From Sedimentisphaerales bacterium (GTDB taxonomy: Bacteria > Planctomycetota > Phycisphaerae > Sedimentisphaerales > Anaerobacaceae): a DNA stretch of 64,000 bases. The position numbers were made by a program, and so were the translations under genes. The stretch covers positions 4,224,001-4,288,000 of the forward strand of contig OY970194.1 in the NCBI GenBank assembly GCA_963708075.1, given 5' to 3'. Under the pieces are notes generated by a model. It saw only the letters and a list, made by a program, of their open reading frames with translations, searched no databases and was not told where the DNA came from. Below are positions 1 through 9,792 of this stretch, in pieces (the first letter of the stretch is position 1; each line of letters starts with the position of its first letter).

Positions 1-79
1 GGGCCTGCCCCTACATGTCGGCTCGGCAAAGCCGAGTGAAGTTGCTAACTCGCAACAACTGAAAAAGATTTCCAGATCT

Positions 80-1612
80 TCATGCGGCGGCTTTGTTAAG
101 TTGTTCTGTGGTGGCCTTTTGCGTTAGCGAGATGGTAGCGATGATTTTGGCTCCGTTCGCGGTCAGGCGATACTTGCGAGTCTTGGGCAGACGGCGGATG
201 ATCTTGTGCTCTCGCAATAGCCGCAGCAGATACGTCACCTTCGCCGAGACCTCCTTGGCAGGACGGTTTGGATAGAGACGGCCGGCAATATCCCGATTGC
301 GGAAATCCCCGACCAGTCCACAGGTCGCCACCGCCGCCAGCAGTTGCTGGTCCGCCTCGGACCAGGGTCGCAGCGCCCGGATCGATTTGCCCCTGCGGAT
401 GTGACGCCGGCAGATGGGCGAGACCACTTCTTCCACTCGCTCACTGGTGTCGAGCTTGGCCAGGGCTTCGAGGTAGCGGTCATTGACTTGTTGCGAGACT
501 TGACTGCGGGCGTATAAGTCCACGATGCCCTTGCTCATGGGCAGCATCCTCTTGGAACCCTGGGGATCGCGTTCGGACCGGCGGTAGACACGAAAGGCCC
601 GAGCGTTGTTGATCGTGCACTCCGTACGCAGGATCGAGCCGGCCTTGTCATAGACCTTGACGGAGTTGGCGTGTGCCTGGTGCTTGACCCGAATTCCTTC
701 GGGACGATCCCGGTAACTGCTGATCACCTCCTCCTGGCAGTTGGGATACAGACGCTTGCCGAGGAACCGCAGCACATCCTTGCTGCCAAAGGCGATCATG
801 GAGCCACGCACCAGTTGGGGATAGATACGGCCCAACGCCTTGGGATCATCAAAGGCGATATCCGTCGCCCATTCGGTCTCATGACTGGTCCAGTAGTAGT
901 GCAAAGGAAAACCGGCAAACATCGTCTCGTGGGCCGGATTGAGGAATCGTGCGATGCGGCCGAACTGCCGGCACCAATCGGTGCGGTGCAGTTGGTCCAT
1001 CAATGCCTGAGCCCGTGGAAAATCAGCCATCCAGGGAAAGCAGTTGTCACACCGCCGGTACGCCAGATGCTCTTGATCCATCCTCTTGGCCAGCCATTCG
1101 CGGCCGTTCATCCACATCTGAATGGCAAAGGGAAACCACGTTTGGATGCGGGCGCCCATGAACCCGAAGTAGGCATCGTACCAGTAATGGTACAGGTGCA
1201 TGCACTTGCCTTGAAACAGCTCCAAATCCAGCGTCTTGGCCTGGCGATTCTTATGAAGCTTGTAGGTCATGCATGGCTCAATCGTACGCAGAATGCAAAT
1301 CAGTCCCTCCCGGATGCCATCGCGGGCAGCGATGTCCAAAGCGACTTGTTCCTTATTGGTTCGGCTGGAGTGCAGGTACACATTGGGTCGGCCGGCCTGT
1401 TCGGCCTTGGCCACAGAGGCCTGGATCAGTTGCGCCGTCTTGTCCAGGGCGTACTGCTTGAAGTCCTTCATGAGAATGCTGCGATACGCCAGGTAGGAAC
1501 ACATCCCCGCCAGGTTGGCCACCAGGCGAAGGGTCCCACGAAAAACGATGCGGTCCCAGCCGCTCAAAACCCCTATAATGTGCTTCTTGTGCTTCTCCAT
1601 GAACGATTGCAT
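80..1612 (-). CDS. Putative Rep_trans/CRI-like transposase with C-terminal winged HTH (~510 aa)
   Basis: RBS AAGGAGG before ATG 1612. Motifs GVLSGWDRIVFRGTL, ETEWATDIAF and NSVKVYDK...LRTECTIN resemble rolling-circle Rep YxK/RxE motifs. C-terminal FRNRDIA...LLRLLREHKIIRRLPKTRKYRLT looks like a wHTH. Confidence 0.6.
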   Translation of the reverse strand: MQSFMEKHKKHIIGVLSGWDRIVFRGTLRLVANLAGMCSYLAYRSILMKDFKQYALDKTAQLIQASVAKAEQAGRPNVYLHSSRTNKEQVALDIAARDGIREGLICILRTIEPCMTYKLHKNRQAKTLDLELFQGKCMHLYHYWYDAYFGFMGARIQTWFPFAIQMWMNGREWLAKRMDQEHLAYRRCDNCFPWMADFPRAQALMDQLHRTDWCRQFGRIARFLNPAHETMFAGFPLHYYWTSHETEWATDIAFDDPKALGRIYPQLVRGSMIAFGSKDVLRFLGKRLYPNCQEEVISSYRDRPEGIRVKHQAHANSVKVYDKAGSILRTECTINNARAFRVYRRSERDPQGSKRMLPMSKGIVDLYARSQVSQQVNDRYLEALAKLDTSERVEEVVSPICRRHIRRGKSIRALRPWSEADQQLLAAVATCGLVGDFRNRDIAGRLYPNRPAKEVSAKVTYLLRLLREHKIIRRLPKTRKYRLTANGAKIIATISLTQKATTEQLNKAAA

Positions 1613-1697
1613 GGCATCCTCCTTGAAAAAACAGGTTGTCAGGTACAGCAACCAGCATAGCAGGGATGGATGCCTTTTTCATTCCAGAGGCTTGTGA

Positions 1698-1751
1698 TCA
1701 TCCTTTTCCTTTTTGCCCTCGATAGGCTTGGGGCAAAAAGGAAAAGGGTGA
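1698..1751. repeat. Long inverted repeat (17 bp perfect core) upstream of the Rep-like gene
   Basis: CCTTTTCCTTTTTGCCC (1702-1718) pairs with GGGCAAAAAGGAAAAGG (1731-1747) and extends through one G-T pair. Confidence 0.85.
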
Positions 1752-1979
1752 CCATCGTGGACAACAAGCGGGGCCAGCAGCGTCCACGGAGTGTGAGCAA
1801 GAAAAATGACAGGCGAGTCACGAGGGCGGATTCAACATCGCCGAGGATCGCGACTCTCGCTGGCGGCCCAGACTCGTGACCGAGACCACGCCTGGCATGT
1901 TCTTGCCACACGCAGTAGCTGCGGTCGAACGAGAACGCACATGCGATACGCCTTTGGTTGCGGCCGAAGGCCGCGCCAA

Positions 1980-2090
1980 GTTCATCGGCGTTCATCTGCG
2001 GTTGGAGAGCAGTTGACAGTTGTCTGTGGTCGGTTGTCAGTTGTGGCGTGCACGCCTTCGTGCTTTCTTCGTGGTCTTTGTGGTGGATCG
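1980..2090. repeat. Cluster of degenerate 7-10-mer tandem repeats
   Basis: GTTCATCGGCGTTCATCTGCGG, AGTTGACAGTTGTC...GTTGTCAGTTGTG and CTTCGTG/CTTCGTGG/CTTTGTGG units; partly overlaps the 3' end of the HNH-AP2 gene. Confidence 0.6.
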
Positions 2091-3017
2091 TTTTCTCTTT
2101 CGCTTGTCTGCTCTGCGTCTGGCGGCCTGGGCTCTTTTGTAGACCGCTTTTATCCGCTCTTTGGGCCACTCTTCGGGGAAGTTCAGGTAGGCGAATTCGC
2201 CGTTGAGCTCGACGTTCTTGCGGTCGCTGGCGCGGGCGGCTTCGATCTCGTCGGTGTAGCGGCCGACGTGGACGCTTTTGCCGTTGTACCAGGCGGTGGA
2301 CCGCCACAGGTTCCGATTCTTGTCCCGCGTGACGCCTTTGTATTTCGAAGTCTTGCCTCGCGGGCGGCGGTTGCAGTTGTTCTGGCCGTAAGTGCACAGG
2401 CGCATGTTGGCCTTGCGGTTGTCCAGGCTGGTGCCGTCGTGGTGATCGACGACCTTGCCCTTGGGGGCCTTCATGATCTGGCGATGCATGAGGATGCATT
2501 TGCCCTTGGAGTTGCGAGCGGCGTACCATTTGCCGCAGGTGTAGTGGGCGGTCCATCGATAGCGGCTGAGCTCCTCGTAGTCCTCGGCGTCCACGATGGC
2601 GAACATGCCCTTCGTCAAGGCGATGTAGCGAACCTTGTCGTTCGGGGGCTCCGGCTCGGGGTAGCGGACCGGCGGCTCGCGCCGGCCGTGGAAGTTGCGG
2701 CACGTGCCGCACGGGAGCACCTCTTTGATCTTGCCCGGCGCGGCGGCACTGTTGACGCAGAGCAGTTGGCCCGGCCAGCGGGTCGTCAGCCAGCCGGCGA
2801 AGACGCAATAGGCGCAGGTCCGCTTGTTCGCCGGCTCCTGGCGCTGCTCGTTGTCTGCGGGAGGCCGCCCGCGTGCCCGGAATCGTTTCTCGTGCTCCGC
2901 GTCCTGCGGCCGATGACCGGCGGGCTCCACGGGAGCGTCCCCCGGCTCGATGCTGGTCGATGGAAGGCGCTGCGGAGCGCTCGTCCCACTTTCTGTCCTG
3001 TGCTCTGCATTGTCCAT
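2037..3017 (-). CDS. HNH endonuclease-AP2 domain protein with N-terminal Cys4 motif (copy A)
   Basis: VDHHDGTSLDNRKANMRLCTYGQNNCN (HNH_3-like); SKYKGV...W...VGRYTDEIEAARASD...GEFAYLNFP (AP2); CAYC...C...CRNF; RBS GGGAGG before ATG 3017. Confidence 0.88.
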   Translation of the reverse strand: MDNAEHRTESGTSAPQRLPSTSIEPGDAPVEPAGHRPQDAEHEKRFRARGRPPADNEQRQEPANKRTCAYCVFAGWLTTRWPGQLLCVNSAAAPGKIKEVLPCGTCRNFHGRREPPVRYPEPEPPNDKVRYIALTKGMFAIVDAEDYEELSRYRWTAHYTCGKWYAARNSKGKCILMHRQIMKAPKGKVVDHHDGTSLDNRKANMRLCTYGQNNCNRRPRGKTSKYKGVTRDKNRNLWRSTAWYNGKSVHVGRYTDEIEAARASDRKNVELNGEFAYLNFPEEWPKERIKAVYKRAQAARRRADKRKRKRSTTKTTKKARRRARHN

Positions 3018-3054
3018 CTTCTGCCCTCCCAAAGGCGGTTCCGGACGATTCCCA

Positions 3055-3248
3055 GGAGGGCCGCGGACGAGAACACGCGCCCCTCCACTAGGGGACGAAA
3101 GTGCGCGAATCGGTCGAAAAAAGTGAAGGATCGAGGGAGTGGAGAGCGCTATAACTCATTGTGGGCAAAGGAATAGAAAAAATCCTGCACGGCAGCCGTT
3201 TTCACTTCCAAACCGGCGCACGAATCGTGCGAAAATCGACCGAAAGTG
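3055..3248 (-). promoter_or_regulatory. Conserved non-coding leader of HNH-AP2 gene (copy A); regulatory site, element end or ncRNA
   Basis: The reverse complement matches 61446-61636: 49/51 nt in block 1 and 28/28 nt in block 2. Confidence 0.75.
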
Positions 3249-3287
3249 GTACGGGGGGCGATTGTGTTCCTGCGCCGGTCGGGCGGC

Positions 3288-3473
3288 TCAGGTGTAGTTG
3301 ATGTTTCCGAAGCCGAGGAAGGCCCGGCAGTGGGGGCAGAGGAGGAACTGCTTACGCTCGATGAAGCCCATGCCCTTGGACTTCACCCAGATGAATCGCA
3401 GTTCTTTGTGGCAATGGGGACAGAGCGGCCAGACATCCTCCGGCGCTTCCGTGATATCGAGCTTTTCCTTCAT
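3288..3473 (-). CDS. Small zinc-ribbon protein
   Basis: 61 aa with two CPHC motifs; RBS AGGAG upstream. Confidence 0.7.
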   Translation of the reverse strand: MKEKLDITEAPEDVWPLCPHCHKELRFIWVKSKGMGFIERKQFLLCPHCRAFLGFGNINYT

Positions 3474-3522
3474 TTCGATTCTCCTGTGCTGAAGGGGCGC
3501 AAGAAGCCGAGGGGTCGTGGCT

Positions 3523-4155
3523 CTATCTGCGCTCCCAGGTCACTCTGAACTCGGGGGTGACGGCGTAGACGAGATCGTTGACGAGTCCGGCGTAGGCGTT
3601 GTCCGGGTCATCGATGTCGAGGCTGACGTTTTTGTTCGCGGAGAAGCTGGCGCCGCCGATCCGCTGCGTGGCGTCGGCGGAGCGGCTCCAGAGCGATGCT
3701 CCGCTGGCGGCCTCGACTATCTGCACGGCGAACGTGGCGTGCACATCCGCGGAGACCCCGATGCTGGTCAGGCTGTGGAAGACGGAGATGTTCGGGCGGA
3801 CCTCAGAGAGCACGAGATCGCCCGTGACAATCGTCTGGACGCCGTACTTTTCGCCGATCGCCTTGAAGGCGGCCGGATCGAGCCGGGGCTGACCGATCGC
3901 CTGGAGAACCTCGCCCTCGGTCCCCAGTCGCGTGAAGCGCACCATGCCCTGGTCCTGCCTTGCCGCCTCGATGAATCGGCCCGTGGCGAGGGGCCCGAGC
4001 GCATCCTGCGAGGTACAGGGGAACTCGATGACGCCGATGATCTCGTGCGCCTTGAGGTCGATCCGGGGAGGGATCATCACCCTGGTCCTGGACCCGCACC
4101 CGCATACTGCCAGTGACACTACCAAAATCGCGGCCGGCCCAAACGCTCGTACCAT
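3523..4155 (-). CDS. Hypothetical lipoprotein (CsgG/LpoB-like fold possible)
   Basis: Signal peptide with lipobox-like LAVCGC; IGVIEF and QIVEAASGASLW motifs; RBS AAGGAG. Confidence 0.65.
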   Translation of the reverse strand: MVRAFGPAAILVVSLAVCGCGSRTRVMIPPRIDLKAHEIIGVIEFPCTSQDALGPLATGRFIEAARQDQGMVRFTRLGTEGEVLQAIGQPRLDPAAFKAIGEKYGVQTIVTGDLVLSEVRPNISVFHSLTSIGVSADVHATFAVQIVEAASGASLWSRSADATQRIGGASFSANKNVSLDIDDPDNAYAGLVNDLVYAVTPEFRVTWERR

Positions 4156-4438
4156 GCAAAGGCTCCTTTCAAGCGCACCATGACCATAGTACTATCGGCC
4201 AAATCGGGGTCGCACCAAATGAGAAAACGAGGCAATGCTTCGGGGGTTGCACGACAGTAAATGGCAGTTGATCCGGGTGGCAGCGTCAAGGCCGTAGGTC
4301 TTGGCGATGGTTGCACCGTATCCGAGGAGGGCCATCGCCAAGCTGCGCTTGACGCTGCCACCCAGCCACCTCATGCTTGCTCTTCCAGAATCCTGTCGTG
4401 TACCCTCTTGGGTGGTATGAACGGTTCTTCGTGTTTTA

Positions 4439-4780
4439 TCAGCCGAGGTCGGTGTACTTGTCGGCCCGGCCGCGGGCCTTTTCGACGGGGTACTTGATCC
4501 TGTTGCGTTCGAGCTTGCGGCCGGCGGCGTCGAGGATGTCCACGCCCAACTGGTCGGCCAGGTTCAGCAGGCAGAGAGTGACGTCGCCGATCTCCTCCTC
4601 CACGGCCGCCTTCTTTGCCGCGGGCAAGTGCCGGCTCTCTTCCTCCGTCAGCCACTGGAAGTGCTCGATCAACTCGCCCACCTCGCCCGCCAGCGCCATC
4701 ACGAGATTCTTCGGCGAGTGGTACTTGCCCCACTCGCGCTCGCGATTGAACGCCCGGATTCTCTCAATCAATTCCTGCAC
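4439..4780 (-). CDS. MazG-like nucleotide pyrophosphohydrolase
   Basis: WGKYHSPKNLVMALAGEVGELIEHFQW...EEIGDV...KYPVEKARG; GTG start at 4780 is inferred. Confidence 0.88.
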   Translation of the reverse strand: MQELIERIRAFNREREWGKYHSPKNLVMALAGEVGELIEHFQWLTEEESRHLPAAKKAAVEEEIGDVTLCLLNLADQLGVDILDAAGRKLERNRIKYPVEKARGRADKYTDLG

Positions 4781-5083
4781 GAGTACACCCCACAGACAAC
4801 AAAAGTCGCATCTGCCGAATCCGGCCGGTGCGGACCGGCCACACGAGCGACTATACTCCCTTGCTCCTGAATCGACAAGATCCGATAGGGCAGAGTCTCG
4901 GCGCCGTGTCTGTGCAGGCTTGTGGGCATTGTTCCCATGGTTTCTCAGATGCCTGGCACCATCGGCAAGCTTCGCTGCTCTGCGCTTGCCGCTGCCACCC
5001 ACCACGGGGCCTTTGGAGAGGGTCGGATCGAGCCTTCAAGGGACCGCCGCTCTATCTCCACAGACAATTGACCCCCTATCGTA

Positions 5084-6272
5084 TCATCTGTGACGAACTG
5101 TCTTCCCCTGGGTCGTGGACGGCATCGGCGGGACTTGGACGGATTGGGTTTGCGGGGTTGAGGGAGCCGGATTGAAGGCCATGGCGGGGCCATACTTCTC
5201 GGCGACTTCCCTGTTGATCTGGGCAATGATGGGCGCGAAGTCGGTGGCGGGGTAGATCCTCTTGCCCTTGCCATCCGGATAGACGATGCGGAGGACCTTG
5301 CCGCGTTCCCACTCGTGCGGCTCGATCTCGACGTAGGCCGAGAAGCCATATTTCGAGAGGGCGTCGAGCGTGGGGGCCGGATAGGACGCCGGCTCGACCC
5401 CGGCCGGCGGGGCCAGTGGGAGGCGCCGGAGTGACAAAACCGTCGTCAGCTCCGATGTCGGTATTCCTTCTTTTCATGCTCGTCAGCATCCCGGTGCCGC
5501 TGTACCATTTGCCCCGGACGGACTCGCTGGCCTTCCTCGCCACGGCGGCCGGTTGCACACCGAGTTTACGCATCTCTTCATCGATGGCGATGGCCATAGC
5601 CTCGTCATAGGGGTGCTCCGTGTCCCGCAGGGCCCTCGCGGCGATGATGACCCCGAGGAGATTCGAGTAGCTGTCTTCCCAGGAGAACGCGGAGTGCGAC
5701 TCACGGATCACACCGACGGAGCGGAAACCATACCACGTGATGATCTCGTGCCAGGAAACCATGTTGAAGGCCAGGTACGGACTCATCGCAAGGGCCACCT
5801 CGCGAGCGACCTCGGCGCGCTGCTCCTGCGGCAGGCTCTGCCAGTTGTCGGGATAGGAGATGTGCACGGTGTGCCGGGAGCGGTCGGCGATCAGCCCGTA
5901 GGAGAAGCTGCCATCGCCATGCATCAAGTGCCGGTAGCTTCTGGCGGCAAGATAGGCGGTCCAATCCGCGGCGATGCGCACGTGCATCGTATCGATATGC
6001 CCGCCCCGCGTGGTGTACGCGATCCCGTTCTTCTCCGACGTCCGGAAGTAGTAGCCGTGCTTGCCGAGGTTTGCGCCGAGGAACGGTGCGCCCCTGGATG
6101 CACAGGGCGTGACGCCGCGACGCAGCCTCGGGGGGAGATTGAACCCAGTGACGACGACCTCGCTGGCCGGCTCGGACATACCTTTATCAGGGAGCACCTG
6201 GCAGCCTGCCGCCGCCAGCCCAAGCGTGAAACCAAGCAGGAGGAATTTACCGAAGACCCGTCTGCTTTCCAT
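5084..6272 (-). CDS. DUF4056-like lipoprotein (frameshift near 5410, probably a sequencing error)
   Basis: Lipobox AAAGC; EKNGIAYTTRGGHIDTMHVRIAADWT and SAFSWEDSYSNLLG. The C-terminus continues in ORF 5084-5437. Confidence 0.7.
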
Positions 6273-6534
6273 CGTTTTCTCTCAATTCCAGCGTCTATAT
6301 CTCAACCGCGTTCTTCTTTCGGAATCATCAATATCATAGTAGGGTCAATGGGCAGGGTTTGTTTGGGAATGTGCCCTAAGGCCAGTGCTCGAATCGGGCT
6401 TGAAAATCCCTGACAGGCATCTACGAGTCGGGCGGGCGCGGCTTAGTACTCACGCGCAGTCCAAATCCCCTGTTGGCCTCATCAGGCGAAGCTCGTTTGT
6501 ACTGTGCCCGACAGGGCATGCAATGTGTGCCGGG

Positions 6535-8142
6535 TTACTGCGGCGCCGCCGATTGGAGCCAGCGAAGCGAGAGCAGGCGGAAATCCTCGGCATCGACGCG
6601 GCAGTCGCCATTGATGTCGGCGGCGTCGATGGACTGGCAGGGCTCGGCGCCGAACCAGGATTTGCTCGCCTCACACGTGCCGCCGTAGACGCCCATATTC
6701 ACGCGGCCGCCGTTGGGGAACGGCTCCTGCTCGACCGGACTATTCGGGTCGCCCGCGTCGATGCACGGGCTGGTAACGTCGTCGAGCACCCACGCGAGAG
6801 ATTCGCCATCCCAGTGGCCGGCCTGCGATATCAAGTGGAAGTCGTTCTGGTCGGGAGCCACGAAGAGGGGATCGACGCCGATGTTGCCGATGCCGCCCCG
6901 TTGGGGCGTCCAGCGCTCGATGCAGCAGTATTCGAGCCTGATCTGATTGGGGTCACCGCTGACCTGGGCGTCGTAACCCGTTACGCCGTTATGCAAGCTG
7001 CGATTCCCCCAGAAGATGCATCCACGGGCCGTCACGGCAGCGGAATTGTCCGCGGCCCAGAGGGCTCCCGCGCGCCCGCCCTCCTTGTAATCCCAACTGA
7101 CGTTGCCGTAGAACGTGCACTGCTGGAGGGACACGGAGGCGTCCGCCACGCAGAGTGCTCCCACGTAGCCGCCGCGGTTCCCGGAGAACAGGCAGTTGAC
7201 GATCCGGGCCCCACCGCCGGCACAGACTACGCTCGCTGTGCTGTCGAGCCCGGAGTTATCGATAAACGTGCAGTACAGCAGGGACATTTCGCCCTCGTTG
7301 TGGAGGACCCCCAGGCCCTGCGCGGAGCGATTGGCGCGAAACAGACAACCGAAAAAGACCGCCTGACCCCTGTCGTTGGCAACGCCACATCCGGCGTAGC
7401 CGCAGTCGTTCTCGACAAACTCCGAGGCGATCACCTGAACCGAACCCCGGTCGTTGCGCAGCCAGCCGGAGATAGCTCCGGCCCAGTTATGGGTGAAGCG
7501 GCAGTCCTCGATGTACAGATTTCCTTTGTGGTTGTACACGCCGGCGTTCCCGTCGTCGGCGCCGTTGTCCCGAAACGTGCAGTCGCGCACGACGAGGCTT
7601 CCGCCCTCGTTGTACAGGGCGGCCTCGCGCTCCTCGTCGTCGGCGTAGCCGTGCGCCATGATCAGGCCATCGAGCACGGTGCCGTTGCTCACGCCGTCAG
7701 CCATGACCACATGGAAGCTGTTGTCGGACCAAGTGCTCCGGTCGTTGGGGTCATCGTTGCCGGCGAGATCGCCCGTCAGAACGGTGGCGAAGAGCGTGCT
7801 ATCCCGCAAATCAGGGTCTGCCGCCCCTACGCCGGCGAAGCCGCCCTTGATCGTGACGCCGTCGGGCGCTCGAAAGGTGGCATTGCGATCACCCGCCGTA
7901 TTACCGCCGCCCCGATCGGGCAGATACACCCCCTGTGCAACGCGAATCTCGTCCCCGGCAGACGCGACGGCCAGCGCATCCTGCAAGTACCGCAAGGCGG
8001 CGGCCCAGGACGCACCATCCCGGGGCCCCGCGGCATCGTCGTCCACATAGATGGTCCGCGCCCACATCGGGCTCAATCCTCCCGCCAGAACTAAGCACGG
8101 CAGGACCAACATTGTTGTTCTCACGCATCGCTTCGTGCCCAT
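6535..8142 (-). CDS. Secreted right-handed beta-helix protein with dockerin-like C-terminus (paralog 1)
   Basis: Signal peptide; IYVDDDA...YLQDAL; repeated C(T/L)F..N.A units; DPLFV...DFHL...SPCIDAGDP; ADINGDCRVDAEDF. Confidence 0.85.
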   Translation of the reverse strand: MGTKRCVRTTMLVLPCLVLAGGLSPMWARTIYVDDDAAGPRDGASWAAALRYLQDALAVASAGDEIRVAQGVYLPDRGGGNTAGDRNATFRAPDGVTIKGGFAGVGAADPDLRDSTLFATVLTGDLAGNDDPNDRSTWSDNSFHVVMADGVSNGTVLDGLIMAHGYADDEEREAALYNEGGSLVVRDCTFRDNGADDGNAGVYNHKGNLYIEDCRFTHNWAGAISGWLRNDRGSVQVIASEFVENDCGYAGCGVANDRGQAVFFGCLFRANRSAQGLGVLHNEGEMSLLYCTFIDNSGLDSTASVVCAGGGARIVNCLFSGNRGGYVGALCVADASVSLQQCTFYGNVSWDYKEGGRAGALWAADNSAAVTARGCIFWGNRSLHNGVTGYDAQVSGDPNQIRLEYCCIERWTPQRGGIGNIGVDPLFVAPDQNDFHLISQAGHWDGESLAWVLDDVTSPCIDAGDPNSPVEQEPFPNGGRVNMGVYGGTCEASKSWFGAEPCQSIDAADINGDCRVDAEDFRLLSLRWLQSAAPQ

Positions 8143-8188
8143 TGGTCTTTCCTTCCACTATTGGATCTGCGTGATCAGTTCCTCTCGT

Positions 8189-9792
8189 TTACTTGTCCAC
8201 CTGCGGCCAGCGCTGGAGGGCTAGGCGGTAGTCCTCGTCGTCCACCCGGCCGTCGCCATTGAGGTCAGCAGCGTTGACACCCGGGCCGGGCGCGACGCCG
8301 AACCAGGATTTGCTCGCCTCGCAGGTGCCGCCGTAGGCGCCCATGTTCACCCGGCCGCCGTTGGGGAACGGCTCCGGCCCAACGGGGCTATTCGGATCGC
8401 CTGCGTCGATGCAGGGACTGGTGACGTCGTCCGCCACCCACGCCAGGGCCGCGGCATCCCAGTGGCCGGCTTGCGATTTCAGGTGAAAGTCGTTCTGGTC
8501 GGGCGCCACAAAGAGGGGATCGACGCCGATGTTGCCGATGCCGCCCAGGTCCGGCGTCCAGCCCTCGATGCAGCAGTATTCGAGCCTGATCCGGTTGGGA
8601 TCGCCATCGAACTGGGCATCGTAACCAGTTACGTCGTTATGGTGATGCAAGTTGTGATTGCCCCAGAAGATGCAGCCGCTGGCTGTCAGGGTACCGGCAT
8701 CCAAGCGGGCGTTGGGGCCCAAGACAGCTCCCGCGCATCCTTCCTCCACGCTGGTGTTGCCGCAGAACGTGCACTGTTCGAGGGACACGGGGCCGTCCCC
8801 CACATGGAGCGCCCCACAAAGAAACCTCTGTTGCCCGCGAACAGGCAATTGGCGATCCGGGTCCGGCCTGCGCCGCAGGTTACGCCCCCCTCGCCGTCGA
8901 GCGCGTGGTTGTCGATAAACGTGGAGTACAGCAGGGACATTTCACCACCGTTCACGACGACCCCCATGCCCTCCCCGGAGGAATTGGCGCGGAACAGGCA
9001 ACCGAAAAGGACCATTTCACCCTTGTCGTTGAGAACGGCGGGCGTGCCGTCGCCGCAGCGGTTCCCGATGAACTCCGAAGCGATGACCTCGACCGAACCC
9101 TGGTCGTTGTTCAACGCGCCGGTGAGTTCCCAGGTAAAGTTGTCGATGAAGCGGCAGTGCTCGATGCGCAGAGTGCCTTTATGGTTGTAGACGCCGGCAT
9201 TCCCGTTGTCGGCGCGGTTGTCACGGAACGTGCAGTCGCGCAGGATAAGGCTTCCTCCCTGGTTGTACAGGGCGGCATCATGCTCCTCGTCGGCGTAGCC
9301 GTGCGTGATGGTCAGGCCGTCGAGCATGGTGTCGCTGCCCGCCCCCTCAGCCGTGACCACGTGAAAACTGTTGTCGGACAGAGTGCTCTGATCCTTGAGG
9401 TCGTCATTGCCGGCGAGATCGCCCGTCAGAATGGTGGCGAACAGCGCGCTATCCCGTAGATTGGGGTCTGCCGCTCCCACGCCGGCGAAGCCGCCCTTGA
9501 TCGTGACGCCGTCGGGCAGTCGAAAGGTGGCATTGCGGTCGCCCGCCGTGTTGCCGCCGCCCCGATCGGGCAGATACACCCCCTGTGCAACGCGAATCTC
9601 GTCCTCAGCGGACGCGACGGCCAGCGCATCCTGCAGGTACTTGAAGGCCGTGGCCCAGGAGGAGCCGCCCCCGGACCTCGGAGCGTCGTCATCTACATAG
9701 AGGGTCCGCCCGAATGCCGTGCCCGGCGAGCCCAGGAGGACTGTACAGAGTGATATCAGGAGCAGTATTCTGATATGTCGTTTCATTTGCAT
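8189..9792 (-). CDS. Secreted right-handed beta-helix protein (paralog 2; -1 frameshift in a G-run near 8813)
   Basis: ORFs 8686-9792 and 8189-8848 join into a full homolog of 6535-8142 if one G is restored (FVGALHVG). Confidence 0.8.

Larger units (their letters stand above)
17..1979 (-). mobile_element. Putative hairpin-bounded insertion element carrying a Rep-like transposase
   Basis: Single large ORF flanked by GC hairpins CTCGGC-AAA-GCCGAG (22-36) and GCGGCC-GAA-GGCCGC (1960-1974). It abuts a REP-like sequence (1-14) on one side and a short tandem repeat (from 1980) on the other. No terminal inverted repeats or target duplication seen; ends are approximate. Confidence 0.5.
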
